The notes beneath the pieces are model-generated. The model was not told the origin of the DNA and did not search any database. It saw only the letters and a program-made list of their open reading frames with translations. Positions 37,519 through 49,561 of a DNA stretch of 64,000 nucleotides are shown in pieces. A program made the position numbers and the translations under genes. Positions within the stretch are counted from its first letter, which is position 1. Every line of letters starts with the position of its first letter. This stretch comes from Felis catus (Eukaryota). The DNA is taken from positions 13,704,001-13,768,000 of the forward strand of contig NC_058368.1 in NCBI RefSeq assembly GCF_018350175.1, read 5' to 3'.

Positions 37519-37931
37519 GGGGTGCCTGGTGGCTCAATCCCCATCGGGCTCGCCAGGACAGTGCAGGGCCTGCTTGGAATTCTCTCTCTCCCTCTCTCTT
37601 TGCCCTTCCCCCACTGGCTGTGTCTCTGTCTCTCTCTCAAAATAAATAAACTTAAAAAAAAAAAACTCTTTTAGGGGCACCTGGGTGGCCCAGTTGTTAA
37701 GCATCTACTCTTGGTTTCAGCTCAGGTCATGATCTCAACAGTTCCCTGGTGTTTGAGTTCATGAGTTTGAGCCCCACATCAGGCTCTGTGCTGACAGTGC
37801 AGAGCCTGCTTGGGATTCTCTCTCTCCCTTTCTCTCTGCCCCTCTCCTGCTTGCGCTCTCTCTCTCTCTCTCTCTCTCAAAATAAGCAAACTTAAAATAA
37901 TATTTAAAAATTTTTTAACAAAAAGTCTTTT
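37519..37931 (+). mobile_element. Two Can-SINEs, the second (about 37674-37919) inserted in the tail of the first
   Basis: Outer TSD AAAAGAATCTATGAT at 37504 and 37932. Inner TSD aaaaa(c/g)tctttta. Confidence 0.9.
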
Positions 37932-38069
37932 AAAAGAATCTATGATTAACTCTGATGTTTAATTTAATATGCATTGTGATACTTACGGAGGCCCTTCTGT
38001 ATAACTAATATTCAGAAAAAGAGACGGTATTTGAAATGGGGAAAAAAAAAACAGCCTAATGTTTTTACC

Positions 38070-38163
38070 GGTGTATGAAACTACAAACCCAGGTATAAAT
38101 CTTTTTTATGCTGTCAAGCCCAGAAAGAGAGAATTATATAATGGAATATGCAAGAGCAAGGCT
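38070..38163 (+). repeat. Copy 1 of a local dispersed duplication (about 94 bp)
   Basis: Aligns by eye to 39858-39975. Confidence 0.9.
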
Positions 38164-39857
38164 AGAGGTCCTTATGCAGATGTAAGCTGATTAAAATTAG
38201 CACTTCATGAAATTGCTTTTTTTTTTATAGATGAAAAGTGACACTAAGTGGGACACAGCTATAAAAGTAAAAAGTCCTCATTTTTCAATCTATGCTGAAG
38301 GTCCTTTCGAAGCACGACCTTATTTGGGGCTTTAACCTAAGATTATAATATGCAAAGGACTTTAAACTTTTTTTTTCCTTTTGCTTGTTGGGTTTTTACG
38401 AAAAACTGCCAAGATGATCCGAGGGCAGGGTAACAAAAAGAGAATTGACAGAAAGAGAATTGAAACCGTAAGTTTCAGACTTTCAAAAGTGGCACAGCTT
38501 TGGAAAACTACTTAACTTTTGGAGCCACGGATTTATCTTTCAGTTTGAGTCCTAAAATTGCTGAGAGGATTAGGGGAGAGCACACGTACAGACCACCTTT
38601 CGAAGTGTCTGGCATCCAGGAGCAGTTACTCATGATTAGTGTCCATGAGTCGCCTTTCATTCAGGGGCAGTCCTGTTAGTCCATTCAGCAAACTTCGGTT
38701 GCACACCTATGAGGCACTAGGTGCCACCCAGGTGCCTGCAAGGAGTTTCTAATGTGTAAGTATGAAAATAACTTGAGTCCATTTGATTTGGAAAGAGAGA
38801 GAAGAGGTTAAGGTCCAGCAGGAATTTTAATTGAAATTGAAATTCCCCTCGGATTGCTGATTCAGATCCATTACTACCGTAACACTGCAGAGGCTGTGAC
38901 CCGGTGCTTCAGAAAAATCACGCTGAAAGATGTAAAGGGTCTGTCTTCACACTACTTTGTTCCATTAGTATTTCTAAGATAGCATACTCTTCTGAGATAC
39001 CTTCTTCACATTATCAAGCTAATTGGTGCACTACCCTACCAACTTTGCCAATTACTCCCAAGGATCCTCTGTCATGTGCTTGCGTTGCTTCTGTTTGAAA
39101 CCCTCTCTGTTCTGCTGACTCAACATCATCAGAAGTACACGCTGCCTATCACTGACATTTCTCAGAGACACACAAATTGGACTGAAGCACCAGCAATTAA
39201 TATTTCCACTTTTCTCTGCATGGCATATACAATATCATAAGTGGTACTTTAAGTGTAGAAATGAAATTAAATTCTGGGAAAAGATGGGGTTTTGTGGAGG
39301 CCAAAATCATGACAGGTGCACCTTACTTCCTGAAAGGCTTATAAAGGAGAGGAAAAGACTAAGGCATAAGGTGGCTTAAGGTACATTTTTTTTAAATCAC
39401 CCCCTTTTTTCCTCCCCAAAGAGCTTAAGGCAGGAGGTAGAATAACATCCATGCCATTATATCATTTTTTAAAAAAACTAAAAGAATAGGATGATGATTT
39501 TATCACTTAAATGTTTTTATTATATAAAATTAAGCCAACATAATTTATGATTCAAAAATCACATTTTTAACGTGAGTTCCAAACCTACCAGCCATGGTCA
39601 AGCTCCAAGCTTACAAAACCTCCTTAGAACCACGCAGTGGCTTTTATTTATGGTTATGGCATTATATGCAACCACACAGTGGTTATAAAAATGGTAGTAA
39701 ATCCAAAGCTCTCAAATGGCATCCAAGTCCATACTGGCTCTCCACGTTCACCTCTCCCAAGTTTCCAGAACTTGGCAGCGGTCTGGAATACGACTCCTTC
39801 CCCACCTCACCCCCACACCACGGCACCCTCCCTCCTCACCTCCTCCAGCTCTTCATT

Positions 39858-39975
39858 GGTATATGAAGCTACAAGCCCAGGTATAAATCTTTTAGTGCTG
39901 TTGAACCCAGAAAGGGAGAATTATATAATGGAATTATATAATGGATTATATAATGGAATATGCAAGAACAGGGCT
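39858..39975 (+). repeat. Copy 2 of the local duplication, with ATTATATAATGG triplicated internally
   Basis: Aligns by eye to 38070-38163. Confidence 0.9.
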
Positions 39976-39989
39976 GTCACTTCCATGAA

Positions 39990-40275
39990 CGTTTTCTTGG
40001 TTGCCTTTCCTAAAAGTCCTAACACTCCTCACTTTCCCTTCCTACGTGATTTTTCCCATTAGCACTTGCCATCATTTAACGTATTATAACATATCACCAA
40101 CAGCCCTTTTATCCACCAAATATGTAAACACACCTTGCTTACGAATCTCCCTCCCTCTACTAGAATGTAAGGACCACAGGTGAATTTATATGCTTTGTTC
40201 ATTACCATAGTCCCAGGGTCTAGTGCAGTGCCTGGTCCCTAATAAATACTACATATCTTTTTGTTGAATGAATGA
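39990..40275. mobile_element. L2 3' remnant
   Basis: ctagaatgtaag...cagtgcctgg...tgttgaatgaatgaa. Confidence 0.6.
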
Positions 40276-41397
40276 AAGGGACCTTCTGCCCTCCTGAATT
40301 TGGAAGTCCACATTTCCTTGCCAGTTCCCTGGGGCCACCTACAAAAGAATTTTGTATTAAGAAAATTGACAAAAACTCAAAAATAAGGGAAAAGGATGGC
40401 TCCTTGTCCTGATTCAATCTCATATTGAATCCTTGTCTGATCGATCCATGAAGAGCTCATTTTAATTCTCCAGGGGAATGTATCTTTATTTATCATATCA
40501 TTTACTATTGATTAGGGTCCAGACTCTAGGAAGTTACATGGCAACTATCAGATTTTTGTCTGATAGAGATTAAATAATTTCTCTGCAGAAGCAAAAATAA
40601 CCCCAAATGATATAATTTTACTGCACTATCAGACGTAAACCAGTTTTGTATCTAACCTAGCAATCTTCTTTTCTTTCTTGCCTTTAAATGCTCTGTCCTT
40701 CAAATGTTCTCTGAACCAGCTCTGCCACCCTGCTGACTCCTTCATCAATGAGTTAAATAACTCTTTATGTTATTGTGCTTATTCTGTATGTGTAGAATAG
40801 TCACATTGTGACATTTTAAAGATATTAGTTTAGCAGCTATGGGAGCCATACCACCAAGATGCCCCAAGAAATGATGGAGACCAAGTAAGAAAGAGAAAAT
40901 CTGGCTTGTTCGTATTTTTGTTTGTGTGTCAGATTATTTGTGAGCTCAAATCAATTTTTAAAATATGCCCACTGTAAAGGGGAGCAACTCTGAGATCTGG
41001 ACCACTCCCTTTTTGTGATTCTGAATTTACTTGGCTGATGTCAACTGGAACTGAAGTGTCGAACTGTTTGTCAAGTGTTTGTAGTTGAGAAGACCCTATT
41101 CCTCTTGTTGTGAGTTTGAAATACTTTACTATGCCTGCATGTATTAATAAAACAAACTATAAAGCCTTGTAAAGGAGCTCTGTTCTGGTTGTTATAGATA
41201 ATAATAAGCCCTGACTATCTCCAGAATCCCTAGAAAATGAACTAAACTTCCGATAGTTCAACTGTGCTATCACGCATTCCCCAAATTCATGAACCAACCA
41301 CTAGCAAACTCAGAAACTGCTAGCTCAGAACACTTTTATATAAAAACCCAAGTTCCTGTAACCAAAATGAATCCTGGGTTTAAAAGCAGCTTATGTC

Positions 41398-41589
41398 AGG
41401 GTGCCTGGGGGGCTTAGTCAGTTAAGACTCCAACCCTTGATTTCAGCTCAGGTCATGATCTCACAGTCATGAGGTCGAGCCCCGCTTTGGGATCTGTGCT
41501 GGGTGTGGAGCCTGCTTAAGATTCTGTCTCTCCCTCTCTCTTTGCCCTCCCCTTCTTGCATGTTCTCTCTCAAATAAAATCAAATAAAA
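41398..41589 (+). mobile_element. Can-SINE
   Basis: SINE body and tail. Confidence 0.92.
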
Positions 41590-42136
41590 CAGCTATATAT
41601 CTTCTCCTTAATTTTCTCTATGTGGAATATACTATAAGAAAACATGTCACGATAGATTTGTACTCGTTCTCATGAGTAGACTCTTTAATATGAATTCCCC
41701 AAAAATCTTATACTGGTTTACTGATCAGACAGCCAACATATTTTCACATAAAGTTTGGGGTTGTGAAAACTATAACATAATACATTCAATTAAACGGTTA
41801 TAATTCTGATAAATTCTGATACATTTACATCAACAGTGATTGTGTTTTATAGGGCATCAGCTTACACATAACTTTCAAGACCTTTAGTTAACATTAAGAA
41901 CTTTAACTTAAGTTAGTTAATGAATAATCTTTGGATATCTGGATAATTTCTAATAGGACAGAATACTGTAAGATTGGCCAGTGAAGATAGTTATATACAT
42001 GTGCATATGTATTTACATATATATATATAATACAAATATATATATATATATAATACAAATATAATACCTACATACATACACAGCTTTGCTTCTTATAATA
42101 CATTGCAGTGTGGCTATACCTTGAGCTCATATTAAG

Positions 42137-42342
42137 CAGGGTTTCTCAACAGAGGTACTATTGGCACTTTGGACCCCATAATTTTTTGCTGTAGACAGCT
42201 ATCTATGCATTGAAGAATATCTACATCCCTAGCCTCTACCCACTAGATGCCATTAGCACTGCCCACTGTCCTCCAAATCATAATTATCAAAAATGTCTCC
42301 AAACATTGACAAATGTTTCTAGAGGAAAAACTGAGAACTACT
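42137..42342 (-). mobile_element. MER20-like element
   Basis: cagggtttctcaac...catccctagcctctacccactagatgcca...aaatgtctccaaacattg. Confidence 0.8.
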
Positions 42343-43303
42343 TCATTAATGAAGGTATTCCTTTTTGCCATTTTAACAAAGTGGTAAAATGATCCCTGTG
42401 ACTATTGAGAGTCAGGTTAAATTTACTCTACTGACTTTCTAAAATGCTCAGATTTGACAGGTCTGCTCCCCCAACCTCCCACCCTGTTCTCTCTGTACAG
42501 AAGTTAGTTATTCAGTTAGGAGTTAAAATTAATATGGGTGATTAAGAATGATAGGAACAAGAGTGGCAGAGAAATAACACTGTGTTTAAAAGGTAATGGA
42601 GAGTATGAGGGAAAACGGATTTTGTCTTAAAATTAAGTCTGCTGTTCCAGAATATGAATGATGATAGTGAAGGTTCAAACTTGAATGGATATACAACATG
42701 GTAGAAGGAATGCAGAAAATGATTTTCTTGCCTTGGTTTATAGTGAATACAAATAGTGAACCTAAAAGCAATGACATGTTCAAAATTTGGCAAAGTTGGC
42801 ATAGTTTTGATAAAATAATTCATATTTAGAAAAAAGAAAGAATTCTGTTAATCCTTCATGCCAAAAATATTCAAGGACATGACACAAAATTAGAATTTGG
42901 TCTTCTTGCCGTTAAAATTGGTCTTTCCATTAAAATTGGAGCATTTGGTCTGTTCTTAACACGGAACAGGAAAGGTTCTTGTTTATCGTCTATTTAATCT
43001 GTTCAGATACCAGAGATTCCATATCTCATCAGAATAATTTTTGTGCTTTGGCTGATTTAGTCATGTCCTTGATGACTTTTTTTAATCCCCACTGAAAGAG
43101 CTAAAGTCATGATAACTTCCTTTGCACTTAATTCAATATACTCCATTGTCACTTTGATTAATAAGTACTCTAGCTAAAACTATCCATGTACTCAGGCATC
43201 TGATTCTCTCTTAATAAATGACCAGGCTTCCCCTCTTTTCATTTTTGTTTTTTCAATATTAGATTCTAAAACTAAATAAAAAAAAAATTCAAGGTGTCTT
43301 TTT

Positions 43304-43522
43304 AAATTTTTTTAATAAAGTTTTTTAAGTTTATTTATTATTGAGAGAGAGAGAGAGCACAAGCTGGGGAGAGGCAGAGACAGAGTGAGACACAGAATCT
43401 GAAGCAGACTCCAGGCTCTGAGCTCTCAAGACAGAGCTGGACGCAGGGCTCGAAACCACAGACCGTGAGATCGTGACCTGAGCTGAAGTCAGAGAGCCAA
43501 CCGACTGAGCCACTCAAGCACC
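43304..43522 (-). mobile_element. Can-SINE
   Basis: TSD TCAAGGTGTCTTTTT. Confidence 0.94.
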
Positions 43523-43530
43523 TCAAGGTG

Positions 43531-45645
43531 TCTTTTTTAAAACTGAAGTATAATTGGCACACAATATTGTATTAGGTTCAGGTGTAAAACATGATGATTT
43601 GATATTTGTATATATTGCAAAATGGTCACAATAAGTCTAAGTTACCATCTGTCACCTTATAAATTTAATACGTTATTGACTATATTCTCCATACTGTACA
43701 TTACACCCTCATGACTTATTTATTTTATAACTGGGAGTTGTGGTAGACTCCATATAATTGGAAGTTTGTTCTACTTAATCCCCTTCACCCCTGCACTCCT
43801 CCCTAACTAATCACCTTCTTCTTTGGCAACCAGCAGTCCATCTGTATTTATGGGCCTTGGTTTTGTTTTGTTTGTTGTTTTGTTTTTTAGATTTGACATG
43901 TAAGTGAGATCATATATTTCATTTAGCATAATACCTTCAAGTTCCATATATATATATATCATATCATATATATCATATATATATATCATGTGTAATATGT
44001 TATATATATATATATACACATATATACACACACACGCACATCTTTATTCATTCATCCATCAACGAACTCTTAGGTTATTTCCAAATCTTGGCTATTATAT
44101 ATAAAGCTGCAAGGAACATAACAATGCATATATCTGTTCAAATTGTTGTTTTTTTCATTTTCTTCAAGTAGATACCAAGTAATGGAATTGCTGGATCGTA
44201 TGGTAGCTCCATTTTGTTTTTTGAGTAACCTCCGTCCTGTTTTCTGTCATGGCTACACCAGTTTACAGTCCACCAGTGCATGAGGATTTCTTTTCTCCAC
44301 ATCCTCACCAACACTTGTTATTTCTTGTCTTTTTGATAATAGCCATTCTGACAGATACAAGGTGACATCTCACTGTGGTTTTGATTTGCATTTCCCTCGT
44401 GATGAGTAATGTTGAGCATTGTTTCATGTGTCTGTCGGCCATCTGTTTGTCTTCTTTGGAAAAAAATGTCTCTTCAAACCCTTTGCTCAGTTTTTTTTTT
44501 TTTTTTCAACGTTTATTTATTTTATTTTTTTTGGGGGGACAGAGAGAGACAGAGCATGAACGGGGGAGGGGCAGAGAGAGAGGGAGACACAGAATCGGAA
44601 ACAGGCTCCAGGCTCTGAGCCATCAGCCCAGAGCCCGACGCGGGGCTCGAACTCACGGACCGCGAGATCGTGACCTGGCTGAAGTCGGACGCTCAACCGA
44701 CTGCGCCACCCAGGCGCCCCATGCTCAGTTTTTAATCAGATTGTTTAGGGTTTTATTTTTCATTACTGAGTTGTATTAGTTATTTATATATTTTGAATAT
44801 TAATCACTTGTAAGATATACGATTTGCAAATATCTTCTGTTCGGTAGGTTTCTTTTTGTTCATGGTTTTCTTCACTGTGTAAAACTTTTTAGTTTGATTT
44901 AGTCTCATTTGCTTCCCCAGGCAGCAGAGGAGCGCTGTAACTGCCCACGCTTTCCAGTCTCAGTAAATGCTGCGACCCCTGGCCCCTGCCCACCCCAGTA
45001 AGGTGGTGGGAAGATGCTGCCTCTGAGCATATCCCCTCCATGCTAGCAGGCCATGTAGAGAGTGCAGCGATAGCATCAGTCAGTGCCTCTGTCTCTGGGG
45101 AGCGTCTCAACTGTCCTCTGCCCCTCCAGCCAATGCTCCAAATCAGCAAATGAACCACCTTCACATATAATTTAGGTGCTTTTCGAATTGCTGGATTCTT
45201 TGCTGGGTTTCAGGGTGAGTGGGACTGCACATGATCCCTCCAAAAGGGGAATCTCAGTTTCCTATAGCACTTTGGGATTTCACCCCTGAACATTAGCTCT
45301 GTTGGTTTTCCAAGCCAGACATTGTGGGGATTTATCTGGGCACCAACCCCTTGGTCCTTCAGGAAGAGAACCTGTCTGGTGAGATTCCTGCCTATTGTGT
45401 TGATGTGTTAGGGATATTTTGTTTTGGTTTGTTTTTTGTTTTTTTGTTTTGTGAGACCATGTGTCACCTCTCTACCCTTCTCAATGTGGTCCTTTTATCC
45501 TGTGTTGTAGAGAACAGTGCATCTAGTTTTCAATCTTTTTCAGAGGGAAATTACCCTCTGAAATTACCATAGATAGCTATAGATTTGGTGTGTACATGGG
45601 AGGAGGTGGGTGCAGGATCTTCTTAAACTACCATCTTGAACACTA
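43531..45645 (-). mobile_element. Carnivore L1: 3' end/ORF2 tail (43531-44911) abutting 5'UTR-like sequence (44912-45645)
   Basis: Antisense L1 ORF2 motifs (gtggttttgatttgcatttccct; gatttgcaaatatcttct). The distal end ...ctaccatcttgaac resembles an L1 5' terminus. Confidence 0.75.
44491..44720 (-). mobile_element. Young Can-SINE nested in L1
   Basis: CpG-rich intact copy. TSD TGCTCAGTTTTT. Confidence 0.97.
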
Positions 45646-45754
45646 CCTCTCAATGCGTCTTTTGTACGTAAACTACTTTTAGGATTTTCCAAAAGACTCC
45701 TGAGAAATCACAAAGATTTGGGTTTGTTTGTTTGTTTTTTAACTTATGTTTTAA

Positions 45755-46198
45755 TGTCCTGTTGCCACTGTACCAAATTACAACTTAGTGGCTTAAAACA
45801 ACACAAATGCATTCCCATATAGTTCTTGAGATCAGAAGTCCAAAATGAGTTTCAGTGGGTTAAAATCAAGATGTTGCTTGGGATTTTTTCCTTCTGGAGG
45901 CTTTGAAAGGAGAATCCATTTTCTTGTCTTTTTCAGCTTCTAAATTCCTATATTTCTATATTCCTATATTCCTTGACATGTGGCCCCTTCTTCCATCTGC
46001 AAAGTGTATCACTCCAATCTCTGCTTCCATCATCCCATTACGTTCTCTTTTATCTTACAACCCTAATGCTCATATTGGGCAGACTTAGATAATGTGGAAT
46101 GATCTCCATTCTCAAGATCCTTAATTTAATTATATCTATGAAGTTCTAGGGATTAGGACATGAAGATCTTTGGTGGACTTGTTATTCAGCCTACTACA
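45755..46198. mobile_element. MLT1-like LTR
   Basis: caacttagtggcttaaaacaacacaaat...ttattcagcctactaca. Confidence 0.75.
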
Positions 46199-46223
46199 CC
46201 TTATTTAAAAAGGAGTATGAGAA

Positions 46224-46455
46224 GGGGTGCTTTGCTGACTCATTTGGTGGAGCATGTGACTCTTGATCTCAGGGTTGTGAATTCGAGCCCTGTTTTGGGT
46301 ATAGAGATTACTTAGGAGGGGCAGAGAAAGAGGGAGAGAGAGAATCCCAACCAGGCTTCATGCTGTCAGTGCGGAGTTTGACGTGGGTTCGATCCCAGGA
46401 ACCTGAGCCGAAATCAAGAGTCTGACACTTCACTGAATGAGCCACCCGGCATCCC
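46224..46455. mobile_element. Two Can-SINEs fused tail-to-tail (+ 46224-46314; - 46315-46455)
   Basis: A short tRNA-Lys-like SINE is joined directly to the reverse complement of a second SINE. Neither has an A-tail. Confidence 0.8.
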
Positions 46456-49242
46456 TGGAATTATGCTTAATGCTCTATTTTCTGATACATACATAAAGAA
46501 GCCCCTTTCCTTTAAAAAAAAAAATCAATAATTCTCAAATTATGATTTTGTAAACTGAAATTTAACTGAAACCAAAATTTAAGATTCTTTAAGTAGTATC
46601 AGGTTCTCACAATTCTAGATTTTATAATTCTGGTCTTCAGAATTCAGGAACAGATAATTTAACTGAGTCTCCTTTTCAGAAACAATATAGTTATTTGCAT
46701 AAAGTCAATACAAATTTATCCTTCTTTGCACAAAGAAATCATTTAACAAATTTTCATAATCAGGCCATACATACAGTATCATATTTGAGAATAAAACATA
46801 TTTAATAAGCTTCGACAAGGCCATTATTAAGGAACAAGGGTTGTATTTCATGTGAGGAACCAGTGCCCACAATCTTTCTTAGGAAATGGTCTGGTACCTG
46901 CCCTGTGGTTTTCAGGTTCCTAGACTTAACAGCAGCAGAGAAGGTCAGGAACCTTAGCAGATTGTGGGGACTTTAAGAAGACAAGAATTTAGCCTAATTT
47001 ATAGATACTGCAGGTAAAAACTGTAGAAATTAATTTCTTAGGCTTGGTTTTTTAGAATCAGAACACAAGAACCAGTGAGACTTTTTACTAAATCTTTGGA
47101 ATAATTGAAACTATTGAAAATACCACCCGAGACTCCTTATTAAACTTCTGGATTGAAGTTAAGTCTCTGGTCTTGTCATTGTTCAACATCTGCAAGTCTA
47201 GATTTGCTAATGATACTCAGAGGCTCCTATCTTTAAGATTTATTACTAAACCTATGTAAATTAATCAGGCCAAAACACAAAGTGATAGCCTCCTTTTTGT
47301 GATCAAAAACAATCCTTAAGAGACTATGTATGATAACTTGAAAACTCATCTGCCCTGTATTAAAGGATAGTTTGTTCTGTTTTTTTTTTTTAAGGTAAAA
47401 TCATAAGTCTCATACAAATATGAAATGGACGCATATCAAAGATTTAATTTAATATATTTATTAATGAGAGACCAGCAACAAATTCCAATAGTGTCAAAGA
47501 AAAATTCAAAGAACAACATGTATGTAGACAAGAAGGATGCCAAAGTAAAGTTACAAATAAATGCAAATTGGCTTCTTTTGGTGGAGGGGTTGGTGAGGGG
47601 AAATCAATTGTCTCTTTACTAGACAGAATTCATTTGCATGTTTTTAGATAGAGTCATTTGCATTGCTAGTTATCACAACAAACCAAGTTGCACATAGTTC
47701 AAAGTCAATGAAAGAGATAATCCTGAAAGGTACACTACAAAGGACACTTAATCATCATTTATTTATATATTTAGCCCATGTCTATGTCTTTCAGATTTTT
47801 TTCCTGACACTATGACATCCCATTTTCCCTCTTTTTGTAGAAAGCTCCTAAGCTCGCTTATGAAGTGTGGATTCCTCCTCCCTTTCCCCTGAAAAGACTT
47901 CCTTAACCACATTAGTAGTTAAGAAATCCCAATAGGAGTACTTCCTTCCCACTAATTTCTTCACGGCTGAGCTTGGTTTCCCCAGGGATGGCCTCTGCGG
48001 TCTCACATACTCTTCCTAGGAGGCTCCAGTTTCCTGGCTCCTCAGGGACCCTGAGCCTCAAAAGAAAATATTGACATGAAGTAATAAACCCCTTAAAGGC
48101 AGCTCATGTCTCCACCGGTGAAGAAGAATGAAACTCAGTGTTACTTTAATAATTCAGCCCCATCTGAGAGGCTGTCCAATTAGACCAGCACCCTAAGGGT
48201 TGGGCCCCTCAAAAGTGGTGTGCAGGTTGGGGAAAGAGGGAGACCCTGATGCTGAGGGGCCTGGCCTTTTCTCTAATTTTTCCCTATAAGGAGCACCCTA
48301 ACACCCCCACCTCCACCATGTCTCTGCCCTAAGGCACTTCCTTTTGTTCTCTGTAAACCATTTTAAAAGCTACCTCCTATTTAAGTGTTGTCAGGCTCCA
48401 AAGGCAGGGTTTGAAGTCCGCTGAAGTCATCTTAGATTCCTTAAAGGCATCACAGAGACATATGCAAATATATGCAAATAAGGTACACAATGGATTAATT
48501 AAAGTAAAATCTAGTAGCCTTAAATAGACACCAAATAATAGTCCTAGGAGAGGCAATTAAATCTATTGTTTACAACCACTCCCTTTGTTAGCTGCTTTTT
48601 TTTTTTTTCCCAAATGAAGAGGCAAATCATTTTCTTTTCTACTCTGATAGAAAGGCAAAAAACACTGCATTTATTATCTGCATCATTGTTGTCTGGAGAA
48701 ATACAGCCAAACAACGTCTGTTAACAAGAGGAAAAAATAATTCAGAAATGGGACCACGCTAGGAAGGCTTTCAAGCCTGACTACTGCTCACCCCTTCAGC
48801 CTCATCTCCTCCCCCAACTAGCTACCCACCACCACCTCTTAGCCCCTTCTGAACTGAGCTTCCAGCAGTCCCAGCCTCCCTCCCAAAGCTCCCAGTCACC
48901 CCCAGGGCTTACAAGCCATTCCTTCTAAACAAAATGCTTGCCTTCAGGAGCACTCCACCCAGGCAGGGAAAGAGGCAAACAGCAGGTAATTATATAGTCC
49001 CACATGCTGAGTGCAGTGATGGAAATGTGAACCGAGTAAGGTGGGAACACGGAATGGGAGCACCTATGGGAGGCAGGCGGGGTTGTCAGAGAAGAGTCTA
49101 AAAGATTTCACTTGAGCTAAGGACTAAAGGAAGTATAGGAAGCAAGTGCTGCTAGAAAGGACACCTAAAATATAAGATTTTATAATCTGTATTTGGAAGA
49201 CCTACAAGGAGTTACAGGGAAGTGAAGGACTGGGTTGGCCAT

Positions 49243-49561
49243 TGTTACAAGATAAACTGAGGCATGTTAAAATTTTAAGAGTTTATCTGAGCACAAATCA
49301 ATTCCAATTGGGCAGCAACAAACCGGAAGTGGTAAGGAGTGTTTCACCAGTGGGGTTCAGGAGAGACAAAAGGCAGAAGAAAAGTAAGGAAATTACTGAT
49401 CAGTTATTGCATAAGGCCTAGCTGGCTGTTTGTGACTGGTTGTCTTAGGTTTTGACTGCATAACCTTGAGGCATTGACAGGCTTAAACTTTTGTGTGCTT
49501 ACATAGGCCACATTGGCTTTAGAGCCGCTTAAGTATAAGGGCCCCCTTGTTCAACTTAACA
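49243..49561. mobile_element. Solo LTR, probably ERV1 class
   Basis: TGTTA...TAACA termini with a 4-bp TSD CCAT (49239 and 49562). Confidence 0.75.

Noticed and set aside
46224..46300. tRNA-Lys-like sequence
   Set aside because: It has a SINE-type head and 3' extension with degenerate stems, so it is SINE-derived and not a functional tRNA gene.
41600..47750. AT-rich stretches that may be decayed ERV internal sequence
   Set aside because: I found no translatable gag/pol/env motif or clear boundary by eye; a Dfam search is needed.
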